Positions 11,225 to 19,362 of a stretch of 64,000 nt of DNA are shown here, piece after piece. Below the pieces are notes generated by a model. That model did not search any database. It was given only the letters and a program-made list of their open reading frames with translations, and was not told the DNA's origin. The DNA is taken from assembly GCA_013626165.1 (NCBI GenBank), contig NDHX01000002.1, positions 64,639 through 128,638 on the forward strand, given 5' to 3'. The DNA is from Candidatus Velesiimonas alkalicola (GTDB taxonomy: Bacteria; Omnitrophota; Gorgyraeia; Velesiimonadales; Velesiimonadaceae). Position 1 is the first letter of the stretch. Each line of letters opens with the position of its first letter. Position numbers and translations under genes: made by a program.

Positions 11225-12073
11225 TTATTCTACCACTTCTGATGCAAACACAAACCTTACACCTTCTGATTCTATCCTTGGTGCAACCCTTAATATAGCC
11301 TTAAGTGTATCTTGTTTTGCATGTCCTATGCCCACCGCCTTACCATTTTTTTTGGCAATGTTTGCCAGATCAATAAGTCTTTGTTCTATCTCAAATTTAT
11401 TTTTTGCATCTATATCAAGAAAAAGACCCGCCCTTTTTGCCCCTCTTATGCCCATCTTCCTTCGGACACTGTCAGCAACAGATGAATCCGATGTCACACT
11501 ATCAATAAAAAAAAGCCTTCTTGATTTTACTTCATCTAAAACAAGTCTCATAACTGCTTCATCCTTTGTTGCAAAAGAACCCATATGGTTGTTCACACCC
11601 ACTGCATTAGGTATCTGTGAAAAAGAATGAGAAAATATTTTTGATACCTCATCTTTTGTCATACCGGGTCTGATACTTGTTTTCCCATCAAGGCTGAGTT
11701 TTCCACTTGCCATAGGAAGGTGTAAGATTACCTCAAGTCCTTTTTCTCTACACTTTTTAGCAATCTGTGTAGAATATGGACCATCAGGAAGAACTGCAAT
11801 AGTTATCTTCCTCTGGATACTATATAAAAGAGGAAGGTTTCGTTTGCTATGTCCCCAATCGTCAAGTATAATGGCGATTTTACCTGGTTTAACCTCAGGC
11901 AAAAGGAGCCTTAATTTCTCTTTTTCTATCTTTTTTTCTTCAGCCTTTTCATGCAAGATAGAAACAGGTTCTGTTTTCCGGTAAGAAGCAACATAATAAC
12001 CAAGGACACCCAGGACCAAACCAACAAGTATCCCGGATATAAATACGGCAACACTACTTTTTGATCTGCTCAT
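11225..12073 (-). CDS. divergent polysaccharide deacetylase family protein (YibQ-like)
   Basis: N-terminal TM; ILDDWGHS motif; conserved ctp-yibQ gene order. Confidence 0.7.
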   Translation of the reverse strand: MSRSKSSVAVFISGILVGLVLGVLGYYVASYRKTEPVSILHEKAEEKKIEKEKLRLLLPEVKPGKIAIILDDWGHSKRNLPLLYSIQRKITIAVLPDGPYSTQIAKKCREKGLEVILHLPMASGKLSLDGKTSIRPGMTKDEVSKIFSHSFSQIPNAVGVNNHMGSFATKDEAVMRLVLDEVKSRRLFFIDSVTSDSSVADSVRRKMGIRGAKRAGLFLDIDAKNKFEIEQRLIDLANIAKKNGKAVGIGHAKQDTLKAILRVAPRIESEGVRFVFASEVVE

Positions 12074-13313
12074 AAAATTTAAATCCTTTCAAAAGAAAGA
12101 CTGCCTGCTCTAACTGATAATCATAAAATTTTACATCTTCTTTTTCAAGTGTCTCATCTTCTTTTACCTTGTCATTTTCTATATCCTCAAATATCTGTTC
12201 TGCTGTTTTTTCTTTTGCTACTTCAAAGGGAGGTTTTTCTTCAATGATAATATCAGGAGTTATTCCTCCTTTGTCTATGCGATGGCCACCGGGCGTATAG
12301 TATCTACTTGTAGTAAGCCTTAAAGCATAATTGTCTTTTAGTGGAATAACTGTCTGAACGGACCCCTTGCCATATGTTTTTAAACCGACAATCAATCCTC
12401 TTTTGTTGTCCCTTATGGCACCGGCAACAATTTCAGATGCACTTGCACTTCCACCATTTACAAGAACAAGAAGGGGTATATCGGTCGTGGCATGTTTGCC
12501 AGAACTTTTTATTGCTTTTGTTGCCCCAAGTTCAGATTTTCCTGATAGACTTACAATTGTGTCACCCTCTTTTAAAAATCTTTCACTTACGGCAATTGCC
12601 GATGTTAAAAGTCCCCCGGGATTATTTCTTAAATCAAGAATAAGCCTTTTCATACCCTTGTTTTTAAGATTTTCAAGGCTCTTGTCCAGTGCACCTGCTG
12701 TATGTTCATTAAACTGCACAAGCCAGATATGTCCAATATCCTCTTTTATGATTTTTTCTTCCTGGACAGGTTTTATTTCTATTTTTTCCCTTGTAAGTGT
12801 CAGTTCTTGAAGCTTTTTATCCTTTTTTCTCCATATAACAATTTTAATCTGTGTTCCGGGTTTTCCTCTTAATTTATCAACAGCATCACCTGCCTGAATT
12901 CCTTTTGTTGATTCTCCTTCTATTCTTACAATTCTATCCCCGGACTTTATCCCTGCCCTTGATGCTGGTGTATCAGGCATAGGAGCAATAACTGTAAGAA
13001 TCTCATCTCTTATGCCGATAAACATTCCAAGCCCACCATACTCTCCCTTACTCTGTATTTGTAAATCTCTGTACTGTCTTTGATCCATAAACTCACTGCT
13101 TGGGTCAAGATTTTGGACCATTCCTTTTATTGCACCATCTATTATCTTTTTTAAAGGAACAATATCCACATAATACTGCTGAACAATAGAAAGAGCCTCA
13201 GTAAACCTTTCAAGTTCCTTATATGTCTGTTTTTTATCTATCCGTGGTTCTGAAAAAACAGAAACACTAAAAAAAATAAAAAATATTAAAACAAATTTGC
13301 AAATCCTATTCAT
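12054..13313 (-). CDS. ctp: carboxyl-terminal processing peptidase (S41)
   Basis: Signal peptide; PDZ region GLGMFIG; S41 catalytic region GGSASASEIVAGA..K; 419 aa. Confidence 0.85.
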   Translation of the reverse strand: MNRICKFVLIFFIFFSVSVFSEPRIDKKQTYKELERFTEALSIVQQYYVDIVPLKKIIDGAIKGMVQNLDPSSEFMDQRQYRDLQIQSKGEYGGLGMFIGIRDEILTVIAPMPDTPASRAGIKSGDRIVRIEGESTKGIQAGDAVDKLRGKPGTQIKIVIWRKKDKKLQELTLTREKIEIKPVQEEKIIKEDIGHIWLVQFNEHTAGALDKSLENLKNKGMKRLILDLRNNPGGLLTSAIAVSERFLKEGDTIVSLSGKSELGATKAIKSSGKHATTDIPLLVLVNGGSASASEIVAGAIRDNKRGLIVGLKTYGKGSVQTVIPLKDNYALRLTTSRYYTPGGHRIDKGGITPDIIIEEKPPFEVAKEKTAEQIFEDIENDKVKEDETLEKEDVKFYDYQLEQAVFLLKGFKFYEQIKK

Positions 13314-13496
13314 TTCCCCTCCTTTGTTTAACAGTTGTTAGTTTGTCCCGGCCTTTATGATGTGGTTACAAACTAACACTCCAGAACATCCTCTTTTATT
13401 TTATTTATTTTAACAGAATCTATGAACAAATGTCAAGGCAAGGTAACCTTTAAGCCCAAGCATTAGGGCTTTAGAGCGGTTTTGTCAAATTTATTT

Positions 13497-14000
13497 TTAG
13501 CGGCGTCTAAACCACCTTTTTATTCTTAACATTATGTCAGTTAATGTTCCGATTGGGCAAAATATCAAACACCAGAATCTATGGCTAAAAAATGAGAGTA
13601 CAAATATCAAACCGATAAGAAACCAAAAAATATAGCCACCAATAATAAATGAGAAGTATTCTCTGGTTGCCAATATAAATAAAAATACTAAACCAAAAAT
13701 GAAAAATCTGACCCAGTGGCCCCAGGAAGGTAGAATAAACTTTTTTATCTTTATCCCCCGTTGCAAATCCTGAATTGTCCCGCAAGGACACAAAGAAGAA
13801 CAATAAAACCTCCTTTTAAGATTCAATCCCAGCATCCCTAAAAGCAAGAACCACCTTAATCTTCCCCAGGGACATTTTAAATAGCAAATAGAACAGTATA
13901 GGTAAGGCAGACGGAAAGGACAAAATACGAAAGGATAAAAAAGAAGCGGCCCTAAAACTACTAACAAAATTATCTTCACAATTTTTATTTTGCTTATCAC
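13497..14000 (-). CDS. integral membrane 4Fe-4S-binding protein (NapH/Fer4_5-like CxxxCPxG repeats)
   Basis: Three CxxxCP(x)G motifs (CPWG, CPCGTIQD, CPIGTLTD) embedded in hydrophobic segments; 4-nt overlap with the amrS stop. Confidence 0.5.
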   Translation of the reverse strand: MISKIKIVKIILLVVLGPLLFYPFVFCPFRLPYLYCSICYLKCPWGRLRWFLLLGMLGLNLKRRFYCSSLCPCGTIQDLQRGIKIKKFILPSWGHWVRFFIFGLVFLFILATREYFSFIIGGYIFWFLIGLIFVLSFFSHRFWCLIFCPIGTLTDIMLRIKRWFRRR

Positions 14001-14003
14001 AAG

Positions 14004-15002
14004 TTACCTATTCCAGATGCCAGCAATTTTATATCCGCACAATCCGCACCCTCCATCTCTTATATTATTACTCAGAACTGTAAAATGAATCCGATGAATT
14101 AGTCTCTTTTGACATTGAGGGCAATAAGTACTATTACCTTTATGGCCAGGGAGATTACCGATATAGACATATTTTAGTCCTACGCTTTGAGCAATTTTTC
14201 TTGCCGCCTCCAAAGTCCTAACTGGTGTGGCTGGCAGATGCATTAGTCTATAAGCCGGGGAAAAGCGATTAAAATGTAAAGGGACATCCTCTCCTAAATT
14301 GTCTCTAATCCAGATACACATCTGTTCTATCTTATCCAGATCATCGTTCAGGGTTGGAATAATTAAATGGACAATCTCTAAATGCACACCCTCCTGCTTG
14401 ATAATTTTTAAGGTTTCCAATACAGGTTTCAATTGAGCCTGTAAAATTTCTTGATAAAATTTTTCATCAAAACCCTTAAGATCCACTGTAACCCCGTCCA
14501 TATATTTAAGGACTTGCCGCAAAGGTTCAGGAGATATTGAGCCATTAGTATGAAAAAGGTTCAAAAGTCCTTTCTTTTTAGCCAACCTTGCAACATCAAG
14601 CATATACTCGTAAAAAATTGTTGGTTCATTTATGCTGTGGGAGATAGACTTGCACCCCTTTCTTATTGCTTCCTCTACAACCTCTTCGGGAGAATAATTT
14701 TTGCTTCCTAGTTCTTCAGGACCCCGGGTGGTAATATGCCAGTTGTGGCAGTATTTGCAGCGGAAATTGCAAGAAGCGGTAAAAACACAGAGATTCTTGT
14801 GTCCGGGAAGCATATGATACATCGGCTCAAGTTCAATAGGGTCAATCTGAAGTCCCACGGGCCTGCCATAAACTAAACTGTACAATTTCCCTCCTTGATT
14901 TTCCCTTACCCGACAGAATCCACGCCCGCCTTCAGTAATAATACACTTCCGGAAACAAAGTCTACATTGGACCTTGTTATTATCTAATTTTTGATAAAAC
15001 AT
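14004..15002 (-). CDS. amrS: AmmeMemoRadiSam-system radical SAM enzyme (AmrS)
   Basis: CNFRCKYCHNW radical SAM motif; N-terminal CRLC..C Cys motif; strong resemblance to the AmrS family. The ORF track extends to 15161 (GTG start, no SD). The in-frame ATG at 15002 is preceded by AGGAGG and matches the family N-terminus (MFYQKLDNNKVQCRLC), so 15002 is taken as the start. Confidence 0.75.
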   Translation of the reverse strand: MFYQKLDNNKVQCRLCFRKCIITEGGRGFCRVRENQGGKLYSLVYGRPVGLQIDPIELEPMYHMLPGHKNLCVFTASCNFRCKYCHNWHITTRGPEELGSKNYSPEEVVEEAIRKGCKSISHSINEPTIFYEYMLDVARLAKKKGLLNLFHTNGSISPEPLRQVLKYMDGVTVDLKGFDEKFYQEILQAQLKPVLETLKIIKQEGVHLEIVHLIIPTLNDDLDKIEQMCIWIRDNLGEDVPLHFNRFSPAYRLMHLPATPVRTLEAARKIAQSVGLKYVYIGNLPGHKGNSTYCPQCQKRLIHRIHFTVLSNNIRDGGCGLCGYKIAGIWNR

Positions 15003-15144
15003 CGCCTCCTTCCCGCCTGCCAGCCTGTCCGCCGAAGCCTCTACGTAGGCGGGAGCAAAGCGGCGAACAAGCAGGCCCACCCCATTTATTTTTAAAGTGG
15101 CAGATATTAAACAAAACAAAAATATTATTAACCCTATTCTTCTC

Positions 15145-15243
15145 ATATTTAATACAAACACATTAAATTGCTTTACATAAAATAATCTCCCCTAACCCCT
15201 CTTTCGGGCACTCTCTGGATTAGGGGGAACAACGAAAGGGATG
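15145..15243 (-). repeat. dispersed GC-stem repeat element, copy C (~95 nt; second copy at 49003-49095)
   Basis: The reverse complement aligns at ~75% identity over ~95 nt with 49003-49095. Shared cores are GTGCCCGAAAGA(G/A)(G/A)GGTTAGGGG and TTTTATGTAAAG(C/T)AATTTAA..TTTGTATTAA. Confidence 0.55.
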
Positions 15244-15292
15244 ACTTTTCATTATTTATGTGAAACACAATAGGTTTATTTTATTGTTTTAA

Positions 15293-15420
15293 TATTGACC
15301 TTTGCATAAAGGGATAAATGGGGTCAACTCTATTTTCTTTTTTTAATAATACTACATTGGTTTTTTAGAGAAAATAGAGTTGACCCCATTTATCACATAT
15401 CATTATGCAAAGGTCAATAA
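15293..15420. repeat. ~128-bp imperfect palindrome (long hairpin element)
   Basis: Left arm TATTGACCTTTGCATAAAGGGATAAATGGGGTCAACTCTATTTTC. Right arm GAAAATAGAGTTGACCCCATTTATC...TTATGCAAAGGTCAATA. The outer 17-18 bp blocks are exact reverse complements. It abuts the stop of the 15422..15793 gene. Confidence 0.7.
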
Positions 15421-15421
15421 T

Positions 15422-15793
15422 TTAATACACATTTAAATCTTTTAAACGTTTATCAGATATTCCGAAATGATGGGCGATCTCATGCTGTATAACATGTTTT
15501 ATCTCCTTGTAAATATCTAATCCTTTTTTCTCACATTCCAGCTCAATATTTTGTTTATAAAGTATAATCTTATCGGGCATCACCATGCCATAATAATGAG
15601 TCCTGTCTTTCAAGGGAACACCGTAATAAAGTCCCAAGAGTCGACTTTGTGTGCCCGGCCTGAGTTTTTTTACCATGTCCACATTAAGATCTTCCTCAAT
15701 GGTGATATCTACATTTTGAAGTTTATCCTTGAATTTTTTCGGAAGCCCCTTCAAAACATCTGCAACCAATGATTCAAATTCCTTGCGAGTCAT
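15422..15793 (-). CDS. zincin-like metallopeptidase family protein (small HExxH protein, DUF1025-like)
   Basis: 123 aa; C-terminal HEIAHHFG zinc-binding motif. Confidence 0.6.
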   Translation of the reverse strand: MTRKEFESLVADVLKGLPKKFKDKLQNVDITIEEDLNVDMVKKLRPGTQSRLLGLYYGVPLKDRTHYYGMVMPDKIILYKQNIELECEKKGLDIYKEIKHVIQHEIAHHFGISDKRLKDLNVY

Positions 15794-16031
15794 ATCTTCG
15801 AGACCATTTATTATTGGCCCTCTATTCTAAAGTAATCATATAAACGGGCTCACTACTTATTAGTTATATGGACGGGTCAGGGAGTAGTTTCCCAACTTGT
15901 CATCCGTTGAGAAGCGAAGCGACAAAGGATCTCATGAGATCCTTCAGCCCCTCGTGCTTTAGGATAAGCCCTTCGGGAAAGAATAGAAAAACCCCGACTG
16001 CTTATTTATTTGACAGAGTATTATAATAATC

Positions 16032-17492
16032 TTATTCTCCAAAGACCTGAGTTGAATAGATGTAGAACTCCATATCTTTATCACGCCAGGCTCCTGGGGC
16101 AAGTCCGGCCTTGCGGCAGAGTTGTTCTAAAGTCTCTTTTCTATCCCATCCCTGCTCAAGGGGCACATGGGGGAGAAATGTTGCTCCCCGTCGGCCCTTT
16201 CGCATAATAATTCCATGCTTTCCAACTTCATATTGACTAACATTGTCTATCTTTACTAAGGGAGAAAGATACACCGAAAGTTCTATTTTAATATCTTCAA
16301 TCTCTTCTGGCCTCAATTTAGGAAATCGCCTGTCAAAAAAAGCAGCATCTATAGCAGTTTTTGCAACCTGTTTGTAAAGTGGCAGTTCCGATTCGTGTAC
16401 ACCGATACAACCCCGCAATTTTCCGTCTTTGTAAATAGTGACGAATATGCCCCGTCTTTCATTTAACACCGTATAATTTCCTGGTTCAATTTTTGGTGTT
16501 GCAGATGTTACTGCATACCCCTGAATGGCCTGACGGGCAAGTTTAAGAAGTATCTTTTGTGCCTCTTTACTTAAAGGTTCATAAGTCTCTATCCCTTGAG
16601 AGCCGGCCAAACTAGTTATGGCCATTGCCGCATAGCCCACTACCCGGGACTTGTCTCCAAAGGGCACATCCCCGGAGTTAGCATATTTTAACAGTTTGAC
16701 TTTGTTCGCACCCAACTTTTCGGCTACTAACATAGTAACTACTGTTGCTGCGCCACCACAGAGCTCATATTCATTTCTTTGCAAACCTTTAAAGAGCAGA
16801 TCACCATCTAATTTTTCCATCGCCGAAATTGTTTTTTTATCAATCTCTACTGCCTCCTGATAGGGATGGAAATGGGAAAGGTCAGTAGAAGCGATAAAGA
16901 GCACATTCCTGTCCTTGGTGTGTTTAAGAAGCGCATCGGCCAAAATTTTACAGGTCTGAAGGTTGCGCTCACCCATTATTATGGGCACAATTTTAAAATC
17001 TCCAAGCACTGTTTGTAAAAATGGTAGTTGTACCTCCAGGGAATGCTCCTTTTTATGCGCCTGAGGATGAAAACCTATTTTTTCATTTTCTTTAATTAGT
17101 TTTTTCACTAATGTTCTATCTACTGACACATCCCCTAAGGGAGTGCGATAGGCAGAGTAGTTTCCGATGGAAGCACCGGGAAACTTCATCCTATGGCTAT
17201 CCCCGATTAAAATAATGGTATCAAAATCTCTTCCTTCTAACTGTTTATAAGAATGTGCCGCCACCTGGCCTGAGAAGACAAAACCAGCGTGGGGAACAAC
17301 TAATGCAACCAACTCTCCGTCTAACTCTACCGGCTGGACTTGTTCTAAAAACCCTTTAACCATCCTCCTTAACTCTGGGACAGAAGCAGGATAAAAACTG
17401 CCTGCTACTGCTGGTTGCCGAACCTCTTCTGCTACTGCCCATTTAACCATACTAAAAACCAAAAGAGTAATTATAAGTATCCTTTCATTCAT
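16032..17492 (-). CDS. MEMO1-family (AmmeMemoSam B) + AMMECR1 fusion protein with N-terminal Sec signal peptide
   Basis: Signal peptide MNERILIITLLVFSMVKWAVA|EE with GGGGGAG SD before ATG; Memo motifs AGSFYP and VVPHAGFVFSG; C-terminal AMMECR1 domain (RGIFVTIYKDGKLRGCIG, HGIIM.KG.RGATFLP). Confidence 0.8.
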   Translation of the reverse strand: MNERILIITLLVFSMVKWAVAEEVRQPAVAGSFYPASVPELRRMVKGFLEQVQPVELDGELVALVVPHAGFVFSGQVAAHSYKQLEGRDFDTIILIGDSHRMKFPGASIGNYSAYRTPLGDVSVDRTLVKKLIKENEKIGFHPQAHKKEHSLEVQLPFLQTVLGDFKIVPIIMGERNLQTCKILADALLKHTKDRNVLFIASTDLSHFHPYQEAVEIDKKTISAMEKLDGDLLFKGLQRNEYELCGGAATVVTMLVAEKLGANKVKLLKYANSGDVPFGDKSRVVGYAAMAITSLAGSQGIETYEPLSKEAQKILLKLARQAIQGYAVTSATPKIEPGNYTVLNERRGIFVTIYKDGKLRGCIGVHESELPLYKQVAKTAIDAAFFDRRFPKLRPEEIEDIKIELSVYLSPLVKIDNVSQYEVGKHGIIMRKGRRGATFLPHVPLEQGWDRKETLEQLCRKAGLAPGAWRDKDMEFYIYSTQVFGE

Positions 17493-17506
17493 AATCTTGC
17501 TCCCCC

Positions 17507-17948
17507 CTAATATCTTCCCACTGGCATTATGTAAAGAGGCACTTCATCCTTTGCCCCGAGAATTTTCTTAACTGCTTCGTCATGGAAGGCACCGATTATC
17601 ACTGTGCCTAAACCCAATGCCTCTGCCTGCAGGTGAACATTTTGACCCGCACCTCCCACATCCATAGGGACATAGCGAACCTCGCCTCTTTTGCCATATC
17701 TTCTTGTAGTGCAAAAAATAGACCACAGTAAAGACTAAACTTACAGGAGCATTTGCTACCATCCTCTGCTCCAGAGCTGCCAACATTAACTGCTTGCAAA
17801 AATCATCTTCTTTTACGGAAACAATAATATGCTCTTGCCAGTTATAATGATAAATACCAGAGGGCAGATAGGTCTCTAACGGGTAAACCCGTTTGTTGCT
17901 TGGTAAACTATTGAGGGATTGAAATATCAAGTAAGCGAACCTCACCAA
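17507..17948 (-). pseudogene. SagB-type dehydrogenase / nitroreductase-fold gene remnant (N-terminally truncated and frameshifted)
   Basis: 5' part reads ...RVYPLETYLPSGIYHYNWQEH...APVSLVFTVVYF (ORF 17580..17948). The continuation YGKRGEVRYVPMDVGGAGQNVHLQAEALGLGTVIIGAFHDE...PVGRY* lies in another frame ending at TAG 17507-17509. The frame switch maps to an A6 run (17713-17718). The FMN-binding N-terminal ~80 aa (RRSxR block) is missing. Confidence 0.55.
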
Positions 17949-19362
17949 GGCTTGAAAGAGGCTTATCGAAAAACTCAGGGTTACCCACTACAAGTATGGT
18001 CAGTTTGTCCGGTTTTAGATGAGCCCGGGCAACCCTTAAAATATCATTTTTTGTTACCTCTTTTATACCCTCAATGAGCCTCTTTATATAATCAAGGGGA
18101 TACCCATAGTATTCATAACGCATAAGCCTTTCAATTATTTCATCTTTTGTATCAAACCAGAAGACAGCTGCATTTAAAATACTTTCTTTGCCGACTTTAA
18201 GTTCTTCATAACTTACTTCTTTCTGCCGTATTAGTTCAATCTCTCTTTTCATCAGAGTTATTGCCTCAATAGTGCGACCTAAAGAAGTCTGGGCAGTAGC
18301 AATAAACAACCCTGGATAATCAAACTCAGCCGTTTGCCATGCCCAAACCTCATAAGCGAGCCCCTCTTCTGTCCGCAGACGACGGCCAAATCTTGAATGC
18401 CAGCCTGCTCCTAATATTTTACTCAACACTATGGAAGCAAAATAATCAGGATGATCACGCCTTATACCTAAATGGCCCATTCTTATCGCAGACTGGGTGG
18501 CCTCTTTTCGGATAACTAAATTAAATGAGGCAATGGGCTCCTGCTCAATTATGGGCTTCTCAGGAAATTGAATCTCTCTTGGTTCCCAATCTCCGAATAT
18601 ACTTTCTACCTTTTTAAGCATCTCTTCGCTCTCAAAATCTCCCCACAAACCCAGAACAATATTGTTAGGATGAAAAAAATTATTATAAAATAACACTAAA
18701 TCATTCCTGGTAATCTTCTCTATTGTTTTATACTCTACAATCCTCGCATAGGGATTATCTCTCCCATAAATAAGCCTTCTAAATTCTCTGTTGGCAAGCT
18801 CCTCTATATTGTCATTTCTGCGGGCAATTAATCCCCTTATTTTAATTTTGGCAAGTTCTATTTTAGCCTGGTCAAAGAGAGGGTTCCTTAAAATATCACC
18901 GAATACAGAGAAGATTTCATTGAAATTATCTTTAAGAGAAAAACCACAAACCCAACCCATATCTCTATCAGCGCCTGCCTCTATCTGAGCTCCTACCCTC
19001 TCAAGTTTCATATCTATCTCGTTTCCTGTCCTCTGTCCACCCCCTCCTGTTCTGATAACTTCAAATGTTATATCACAAAGTCCAGCCTTATCCTGGGGAT
19101 CCCAAATAGAGCCCGTCTTTATAAGAGCCTTGAAATGGATAAGGGGTAATGTTCTGTCCTCCATAAGATAAACAATCATTCCGTTTTTAAGCTCTCTTCT
19201 TGTATATTCCGGAACTTCAATAGGCTCTAATTCAACAAACTCCAATCTCTGAAAATCCCTTGTCGTATCTCTTTTTGGAAAGCAGCCTATCAGAAAAACA
19301 GGGACTAACAAAAAAATAATTCCTTTTTTAATCTTTTTAAGTTCTCTCTTCATCTTACTCAC
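17908..19362 (-). CDS. M16-family peptidase-like lipoprotein (probable non-catalytic partner subunit)
   Basis: Lipobox LIGC after N-terminal signal; M16 fold blocks; no HxxEH motif seen; 4-nt overlap with upstream M16 gene. Confidence 0.7.
   Translation of the reverse strand: MSKMKRELKKIKKGIIFLLVPVFLIGCFPKRDTTRDFQRLEFVELEPIEVPEYTRRELKNGMIVYLMEDRTLPLIHFKALIKTGSIWDPQDKAGLCDITFEVIRTGGGGQRTGNEIDMKLERVGAQIEAGADRDMGWVCGFSLKDNFNEIFSVFGDILRNPLFDQAKIELAKIKIRGLIARRNDNIEELANREFRRLIYGRDNPYARIVEYKTIEKITRNDLVLFYNNFFHPNNIVLGLWGDFESEEMLKKVESIFGDWEPREIQFPEKPIIEQEPIASFNLVIRKEATQSAIRMGHLGIRRDHPDYFASIVLSKILGAGWHSRFGRRLRTEEGLAYEVWAWQTAEFDYPGLFIATAQTSLGRTIEAITLMKREIELIRQKEVSYEELKVGKESILNAAVFWFDTKDEIIERLMRYEYYGYPLDYIKRLIEGIKEVTKNDILRVARAHLKPDKLTILVVGNPEFFDKPLSSLGEVRLLDISIPQ

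Noticed and set aside
15003-15161. 53-aa hydrophobic N-terminal extension of the radical SAM ORF, suggesting a membrane-anchored or secreted AmrS
   Set aside because: The extension starts at a GTG without an SD. An internal ATG with AGGAGG and a family-typical N-terminus lies at 15002. The extension is better explained as a non-coding GC-rich leader.
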